Source: Psammoneis japonica
Taxonomy: Eukaryota
Direction: 5' to 3'
DNA length: 64,000 nt
Assembly (NCBI GenBank): GCA_008632985.1
Contig: QPGO01000167.1
Coordinates: forward strand, 62,001 to 126,000
In this document: positions 59,626-64,000 of the stretch, piece after piece
How the letters are laid out: every line of letters begins with the position of its first letter
How positions within the stretch are numbered: the first letter of the stretch is position 1
Translations under genes and position numbers: made by a program
The notes under the pieces: generated by a model
Seen by the model: only the letters and a program-made list of their open reading frames with translations
What the model was told of the DNA's origin: nothing
The model's database searches: none

Positions 59626-60732
59626 TTATCTGTTGTTGTTCAACAAGGGTGCACGACGGTCCAGGACGGATTGAATGGCATCATGGCAAGACTTGCAAGC
59701 AAACTCCTTTAACTCATTTAAAATTTCGTAGTCTTTTCGATAGTACTGCGCCAGACATTCTTCTCCTAATTGCGACAGAGGATTGTGACTGTGTGTTTTG
59801 GATGAATGCTTGTAAATAGAAATGTCGCGAGAGAGTTCTGTCGTGGAGACATTGTCTTGTTGCAGCTCGCAGTCGAGTCGATAAACCTGAGCTTGTCGTG
59901 TCGCCAACCCTGACGAATTAAGAAACCCTGTACGATTGTTTATCCAGTGGACAGCATCATCGATTTGTGCATTTAAATCAAACCCGTCCTCCAGCACAAT
60001 CGGCATTATGGCTTGCGCCATGCTCTTCCAGTCATTTCCCAACCAATCTTGAATAGAATATTTGGCATGACCAATGTATTTCACATGCTCTGTAGCGCTT
60101 TGATTTTCCAATCCATCACACAATGCCTCTGCAAGCAAATTCAGATTTCCATTGTACATTTGAAACAGAATTTGTCGCTCCTTGATAGAGTTGTTTTTAC
60201 AATATGCATCTGGGTGGTCTGTTGCGTTGCTGTTTACATTGTCACCAATAGCTTGTCGCACATCACCATTAGGATCACACAGTACCAATAATCTCCAATA
60301 AAACGCAGACACAAAGCGATCAATGGGGTCTCGAATGGTAATCACAATGGACGACGAGTTGTTAATGTCGCCTGTTGCTGCCTCGTGTAGCAGCTCGATG
60401 CATGGTGACGGGTGGCACTTTTGGTACATGCCGCTTATTCGCCACATGCTTTGAATTCGTGATTGAAACGCACCGCCACCAGCCTTTCCAATATGCAGCA
60501 GTGTTACAATGCTTGTATCGAGTCGTAGTGACTCGTAGGGCATTTCGTTTGCAAGCTGCGGTAATGACAATAAGCACGCATCATTGTTCTTGTTGCGTTT
60601 TGACGTTATGCTACGAACTTTCCAAATGCCATCGTTTGCGCTGTGTGTAAAGCGTACCGGCAAATCAGAAATTGCAGTAAACAACCAAACTGCGGATAAA
60701 AGAATCACTGCCAACATTCCTTTTGTCGTCAT
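59626..60732 (-). CDS. Sulfotransferase-like type II membrane protein
   Basis: N-terminal TM; LHIGKAGGG (5'-PAPS-binding-like), IRDPIDRFVSAF (3'-phosphate-binding-like), YYRKDY near the C-terminus; ATG at 60732. Confidence 0.75.
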   Translation of the reverse strand: MTTKGMLAVILLSAVWLFTAISDLPVRFTHSANDGIWKVRSITSKRNKNNDACLLSLPQLANEMPYESLRLDTSIVTLLHIGKAGGGAFQSRIQSMWRISGMYQKCHPSPCIELLHEAATGDINNSSSIVITIRDPIDRFVSAFYWRLLVLCDPNGDVRQAIGDNVNSNATDHPDAYCKNNSIKERQILFQMYNGNLNLLAEALCDGLENQSATEHVKYIGHAKYSIQDWLGNDWKSMAQAIMPIVLEDGFDLNAQIDDAVHWINNRTGFLNSSGLATRQAQVYRLDCELQQDNVSTTELSRDISIYKHSSKTHSHNPLSQLGEECLAQYYRKDYEILNELKEFACKSCHDAIQSVLDRRAPLLNNNR

Positions 60733-60877
60733 GTTGTTGTTGGCCCGCAGAATAAGCAACGCAACAACAGTTTCGATAAACCATTTTGCACGGAAGATAG
60801 ATGGCGAGACGAAATTGGATGCGCGAAGACGCAGATAAGATTTTCCCGCCCAAGCAAGCCACGTGTGTAAAAATTCA

Positions 60878-62869
60878 GGCACGTTCCCACCCCGATAATT
60901 TCGGCCGTAAAATAAATATAATTTCGTTCTACACAAAATTCCTGTAGAAACTCTCGTACAAGAAAAATCGCACGTCTGTTTTCCATCCGCCAATTTACAG
61001 CCGAAATTATCAGCAAATTACGACGACAGGTGTCGGTCGTCGTAAATTCTCTCCCGTAAATATAATTTTCACGGTAAATTCGGCGTTTTGGGAGCTCGAA
61101 CGTGCCACGTCACACAAGCCGCCCATTTTTTTTCTTTCTCCGCTCCGATCGCACAACAACCATGATGGCTGCTGCCATGAACGGACCCGTTCATACCCCC
61201 ACTCGGGCAAAAAATCGAACCACTCAGTGGCTCGCAACTTGCGCAGCGTAAAACTCGCAACTGACACAATGAAGTGGCACCCACACAGATGCAACCTTTT
61301 GACAGAGGCAAAAAGCCATTGTTGTCAATGCATTGTGTTGTTAGCGGCCACTCGTGTGTGGAGCTCGGTTGCCGTCAAATCACCGTCATGGTCATTGTCG
61401 GTGATTTTCTCACCCCGCAGAAACAACCGCAGGGCAGCACCAGAAAAAAATGTCGAACCATTGAGCGGTTCGCCACGTAGACAAGCACCGGGAGCCCCGC
61501 AGAATTGGTGAACCATGAGGTGGTTCGGGAGGACGAGCGTAGAAATGTGCGTGGCAATTTGCACCAGAGGGTCGAATGCAAAATTGAACCAGAAAAATGA
61601 GGCTCACGATGAACAAGACGGCAGCAGTGCGGAGAAGTTTAAGAACATGGCAAACCACTGAAACAAAGCACACATGTTGTCAAACAGATGTTGCTGCATC
61701 GACTGATGCAATGTTGTTGCAGACATCTCATTGTCTTTTACACTTTCACCCATCGTCTGTCGGTTCATTTTTGGCTTGCCGCGAGCCACTTGATGGTTCG
61801 GGGCAGGAATCGCGCATTCGTGATTTCGCGCGGCAAACCACTGCATGGTTCGCGCTGGGAGTGGGGACACACGAACGACCGTCCTGTCTACGAAGGCAAG
61901 AATGTAGAGACAGGTCAATGAGACTACGCTCGATGCGATCAAGCTGTCACAATTTTGATTTTTTGTTGTTGTTGTGGCTTGTGACGACAGTGTCGACCAA
62001 CGGCATTTTTGATGTCTTCGTTTCTCTTGTTCAGATTTCATTGGGATTCTTCACAAACCATGCGTCTGCAGACTTGAGGCTGAATCCTCGCAGCAACACA
62101 TTATGATCTGATGTCACATTGAGGTGGTTCTTTGGTGTGTGCTCAAGGTCACTTGATTGACGGCCAAGAGTCAAGAGTGCAACATTTTGGTCACTTCAAC
62201 AACAACAGGAAGGCTTGTTGTGACAGAATGTGACTGTGAAGAAGGCTGTGTGCTCTTGTTTCATCAATCTTGTCGGAAGTTAGGACAATGATGCCGGTGG
62301 GGGTCAACGTTTTGTGCAACATCGTCGGCATTGTGCCTCACAGTGCCTCACTCTGCTGTCTGGAGGCCTTCTCTGCGACTTGCTCTTTGTCACTTTGCTC
62401 TTTGTTGCTTTGCTCTTTGAAATGGATTTGGGCCAATGGCAAACCGCAAGAGTTGACAATGGTGCCTTTTAGTGCCTCACATTCTGTAGAAATTATGTCC
62501 AGCAGTTTTGCGTGCTGCAGTCTCACTGCGCGCCATTGTTTCGTGCATCTTTCTGATCTCTCTGCAACTCTTGCCAGTGGATTGAATGTTGGGCACATTT
62601 CTTCTGACCTTCACTGGTGTCACCCTGAGTCTTGGGTTGCCGCAGAGCAATCGCAAAATGGACAACGATTGTCACTGACAATGTTGTGGTGTCTCTCTAG
62701 CTGGCAGCTCTAGCCAGTGCTGTGGCGTGTGGCGTCCTCACCGAGCTCGACATGAGATTTTGATCTTTTTTGCCGATCGAATTCGTTCCCAGCCTGATGC
62801 CCGTAAATGCGCAAATTTGGCCAAATTGCATTCATTTTACGGCCGAAATTGTCAGGGTGGGAACGTGCC
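60878..62869. mobile_element. ~2-kb TIR element, possibly PIF/Harbinger-like, no intact transposase
   Basis: 47-bp inverted termini ggcacgttcccacccYgaYaatttcggccgtaaaat..; TCA on both flanks as 3-bp TSD candidate. Confidence 0.65.
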
Positions 62870-64000
62870 TCAGTGTCTCTTGTCACCCCCCGAAACAATC
62901 CGAGCAAGTCATGCAAATTGGACGCTTCTCAGAATGGCTGTGCCTCATTGTCTGCACAAACAAAGAGCTGAGACAAAACATTCGATGCTTCAATGACTGA
63001 CAATGTTGCACCACTTGACAATCTTGGGGAGAATGATGTCCCTGCTGCCTGCTCTTGGGCTTCGTTTGGATGTTCAAGAACACCGGCAACCTCTCTGACC
63101 AAAACTCTTGACTGCGGTGCTTGCCGCTCATGAATGGTCGGGTGCAGTGGACAGAGAGTGCGCAATGTTGCACAGTCTGTCGTTGTCAGAGCAACATGCT
63201 TTGTCTTGTGTTTGTTGTCTTTGTGCTCAACTTTGTTGCCCAACTCTTGACAAACTTGCAAAGTTGAAGACGCAAGAACTCGGCAGCATTTTCAACCACA
63301 GCGATGATCCAACAAGTCCTGGCAGGCCAGCTTTTTTCCTCTTGATTTTTGTCATTGGTGAAGCCAACTCTCACAGCAATGTCTGCAAGTCAAGTTTCTT
63401 GATCTGCCAGCAATCCATTTCTCACATCCTTGTTCAGGGCACTCAGAGAATTGGGCCTCATTTTTCCTGCCCACAAAGCCATGAGGTGAGCAACATTGCC
63501 CACTGAAGTGCCAGTTCAAATTTTCAAGATGAGCTGTTCAAGAACATTTTGTTTGTGGCCTGTCCAGATGCTCATGTCAAGCAAGCTGGGGATGAATCAA
63601 GGCACATGCTGGGCCCACTTCTCAAGCTTTGCAATGGCCACTTTCAATGAGGTTGTAGAGAAAAAGAAGGCCAGCGGCGCACTGTTGGCCATTTTGAGGG
63701 AGTTGAGTTGAAAAAAGGTGTTTCTGATGATGGTCCAGAGTTGATGAGGATTGATGGTTGTTGGGTGAGGTCAGCCTGTGGTGTTTCACAAGCTGAGTCC
63801 ACTGTCTTCAGGCACAAGGAAAATGAGACAATGGGAGGTCTGTTCCATGTGGCTCCAAGGAGAGAGACGTGTGTTGTCAACTTTCCTGTCAAGAACTCCA
63901 AAAGTCAGTCAGAAAATGCTGATGACCCAGTTCCCAGTTTTGTGCAACAGCGCAACAACTGCGCACAAGCTCCAGGGGGGGGGGGGCAGCTGAGAGACCC
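62870..64000. repeat. TpA-depleted block G (continues from inside the TIR element to the window end)
   Basis: TA nearly absent; no identifiable ORF. Confidence 0.55.

Overview
Eukaryotic DNA, most likely from a pennate diatom (inferred from diatom-type Copia/Gypsy elements, a bipartite-leader-like protein and short GT-AG introns). Host genes: ammonium transporter, class C GPCR, GT25 glycosyltransferase, CYP7/8-like P450, Lys/Ser-rich secreted protein, F5/8-ricin lectin protein, derlin, two tandem sulfatases, GH81 beta-glucanase and a sulfotransferase-like protein. They alternate with one Gypsy and two Copia LTR retrotransposons, TIR elements and degenerate repeat blocks. The main signal is that roughly half of the window, in seven sharply bounded blocks, has lost almost all TpA dinucleotides by TA->TG or TA->CA change, i.e. 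A->G at TpA on both DNA strands. Internal comparisons (three LTR pairs, a duplicated derlin gene, a TIR pair, a tandem repeat) indicate the change happened after insertion, independently in each copy, and spread into flanking host sequence. This looks like an adenine-directed analogue of fungal RIP. The responsible enzyme is not visible here. Several host genes carry frameshifts that may be assembly errors. All counts are by eye.
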